From: Candidatus Heimdallarchaeota archaeon B3_Heim
Lineage (GTDB): Archaea > Asgardarchaeota > Heimdallarchaeia > Hodarchaeales > Hodarchaeaceae
Length of the DNA: 15,065 bases
Assembly (NCBI GenBank): GCA_003144275.1
Contig: NJBF01000060.1
Location: 1-15,065, forward strand
Reading direction: 5' to 3'
The position numbers were made by a program, and so were the translations under genes. Under the pieces are notes generated by a model. The model worked only from the letters and a program-made list of their open reading frames with translations, was not told where the DNA came from and did no database searches. This document shows, in pieces, positions 14,720-15,065 of this stretch (the stretch's first letter is position 1; each line of letters opens with the position of its first letter).

Positions 14720-14888
14720 CCTGAAGGCTATTTCTGCAAAAGAAACGAGAGGACTGAAAATTTCCACAACTCTAAAAAGAAAGAGCCCGTGTGCGAGGAG
14801 TGGTAATATGTCTTAAACATTAAACTTGTCGGTTGAAATTTCTATGTATAATTCTTGAATAAGACCCCTCTCTCATCGGGATTGTTCT
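14720..14888 (-). repeat. Repeat copy R7 (trailer plus degenerate 23S 3' end)
   Basis: CCTGAAGGCT at 14720, ACGAGAGGACTGAAAATTTCCACA, GAGCCCGTGTGCGAGGAGTGG, and CTCTCTCATCGGGATTGTTCT (14868-14888), which resembles CTCTGTCAACGGGATGTTCT. Confidence 0.88.
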
Positions 14889-15065
14889 CACTCCATATGG
14901 TATTTAATCAAAGCGAAACTAATACTTTGGTCTGAAATAAAGAAAACTAGCTGAAAATTGATTCTCAATTTTTTCAACTGGAATGCTTTGTTTTCAAGCA
15001 ACAGAAGGGAGGGAGACAAAGATTTTTAATCTAATAAGTTACCTTAGTGGTTAACTAGCAGAAAA

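Noticed and set aside
1926-14888. CRISPR array
   Set aside because: Repeats are 80-460 bp and diverged, spacers are kilobase-sized genes, and no cas genes are present.
1926-14888. Classical integron attC sites
   Set aside because: No RYYYAAC...GTTRRRY boxes after stop codons, cargo lies on both strands with its own promoters, and there is no intI. The similarity is only architectural.
1-14888. Assembly artefact from collapsed rRNA reads
   Set aside because: Each copy has distinct substitutions, hairpin replacements and flanks, and the flanking genes are intact. Long-read confirmation is still advisable.
14889-15065. Possible further gene or repeat at the right edge
   Set aside because: No ORF of useful length or recognisable motif; sequence beyond the window is needed.

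Overview
This is a low-GC, archaeal-looking accessory region. An Asgard-like host is inferred, not proven, from an archaeal/eukaryote-type sarcin-ricin loop (AGTACGAGAGGAAC), a lengthened H98/ES39 rRNA segment and TATA-type promoters. The window is organised as 0.9-4.6 kb gene modules separated by 8-9 diverged, same-orientation copies of one non-coding element. On the minus strand the element is the 3' end of 23S rRNA (domain VI, H94-H101, including the sarcin-ricin loop) plus a conserved hairpin-rich trailer (+ strand consensus CCTGAAGGCT-hairpin-ACGAGAGGACTG-ATTTCCACA-hairpin-GCCCGTGTGCGA). Three copies carry the domain-VI start and end at the same rRNA position; the others are truncated on the rRNA side but keep the trailer. 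Cargo: three PIN/VapC toxin-antitoxin pairs, a prenyltransferase/squalene-cyclase-repeat protein, an ArsR/ArsP/thioredoxin/CcdA cluster, a Fic protein, an ABC exporter with a membrane protein, and a GNAT. No integrase or transposase is present. The leading hypothesis is an integron-like or tandem-island cassette array that uses 23S-rRNA-derived sequence as its junction/recombination site. All alignments were done by eye and rRNA and protein family assignments are from recall, with no database searches.
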